Positions 63,276 through 64,000 of a DNA stretch of 64,000 nucleotides are shown here, one piece after another. The position numbers and the translations under genes are program-made. The notes beneath the pieces were generated by a model, which saw nothing but the letters and a program-made list of their open reading frames with translations, did not search any database and was not told where the DNA came from. This DNA comes from Ostrea edulis (Eukaryota). The stretch is taken from assembly GCF_947568905.1 (NCBI RefSeq), contig NC_079164.1:81096001-81160000 (forward strand), read 5' to 3'. How positions within the stretch are numbered: the stretch's first letter is position 1; the number at the start of each line of letters is the position of its first letter.

Positions 63276-63669
63276 CAGGGCTTGAAGCTAACTTTTTATG
63301 TCACCAGTCCAGTCGGACTGATGGGGTATAATTTCAACCAGTCCGCAGAAAATTTTATCAGTCCAACAGAGTTTTCCAGAAATAATTAAACATATTTCAT
63401 TAATGTTATTAAAATGAAATTAAACTCAATATGTCTCAGATAATATTGTAACACTTAAATGTGGGATTTATATTTATGAATCAGATTCGTCTGATATCTA
63501 CAGATCGAAGCATGCCAAATGTGTGTATAAAATTTCATAAGTATATTCTCCAAAATGATGCTTTAGAAAATTAACCAGTCCCATCGGACTGACTAGAACA
63601 AATGTCAGTCAGTCCGCCAGACTTTTAACCAGTCACAGACTGACGGGCATATGTTAATTTCGAGCCCTG
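63276..63669. mobile_element. Non-autonomous TIR element, 5-bp TSD (TTATG)
   Basis: CAGGGCTTGAA...TTCGAGCCCTG; TTATG at 63271-63275 and 63670-63674. Confidence 0.8.
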
Positions 63670-64000
63670 TTATGTATTATATTTGTGTCTATGATGTAAA
63701 AAAAAAAATCCATAATTTTACTCGAATATTTGCAGGGTTGTCACTAACGCAAGAATCTGCGTCCTAGATGCAGAAAATTCATTTGGGATGCAAGTTTGTC
63801 TGATATGGCGAGTCCCGTGGAATGTCACAGACTCCGAGTAAAAATAATAATTTTACTTAGAAGCCCTGATATTGTGTATTAATCAAAACTCGTAGTAAGA
63901 AAAAATCTAGGTAAAATGTTACGCTCTAGTGAACTAAAATAATACCACCGAGTTCACAGTGTCCCAATCCTACTTGTTTGTTTAGCATCAGTCTATTAGG

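Overview
AT-rich, intron-rich eukaryotic DNA, most likely from an oyster-type bivalve (inferred from the repeat families, not proven). Six spliced genes and the first exon of a seventh can be assembled by hand with consistent splice phases. These are TRAIP (-), POLRMT (+, 31 coding exons, about 1276 aa), an uncharacterised FAD/NAD(P)-binding oxidoreductase (-), CPLANE2/RSG1 (+), a Cys-rich, mucin-stalked, probably GPI-anchored protein (-), PXYLP1 (-) and FARSB exon 1 (+). Six of them form three head-to-head pairs. Introns and intergenic DNA are full of Helentron-type satellite elements, non-autonomous TIR elements, hairpin MITEs, SINE/tRNA-like repeats, an RTE LINE tail and a decayed Penelope-like element. 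The main leads are: (1) tandem duplications anchored on exon-intron junctions in four different genes, creating arrays of extra splice sites; (2) a clear U12-type minor intron in CPLANE2; (3) an intron-poor oxidoreductase of unknown function whose first canonical polyA signal lies in an RTE tail; (4) CAGGG-ended TIR elements with 5-bp and 6-bp target duplications. All homology calls come from recalled motifs; no database search was run, and repeat boundaries are approximate unless a TSD is given.
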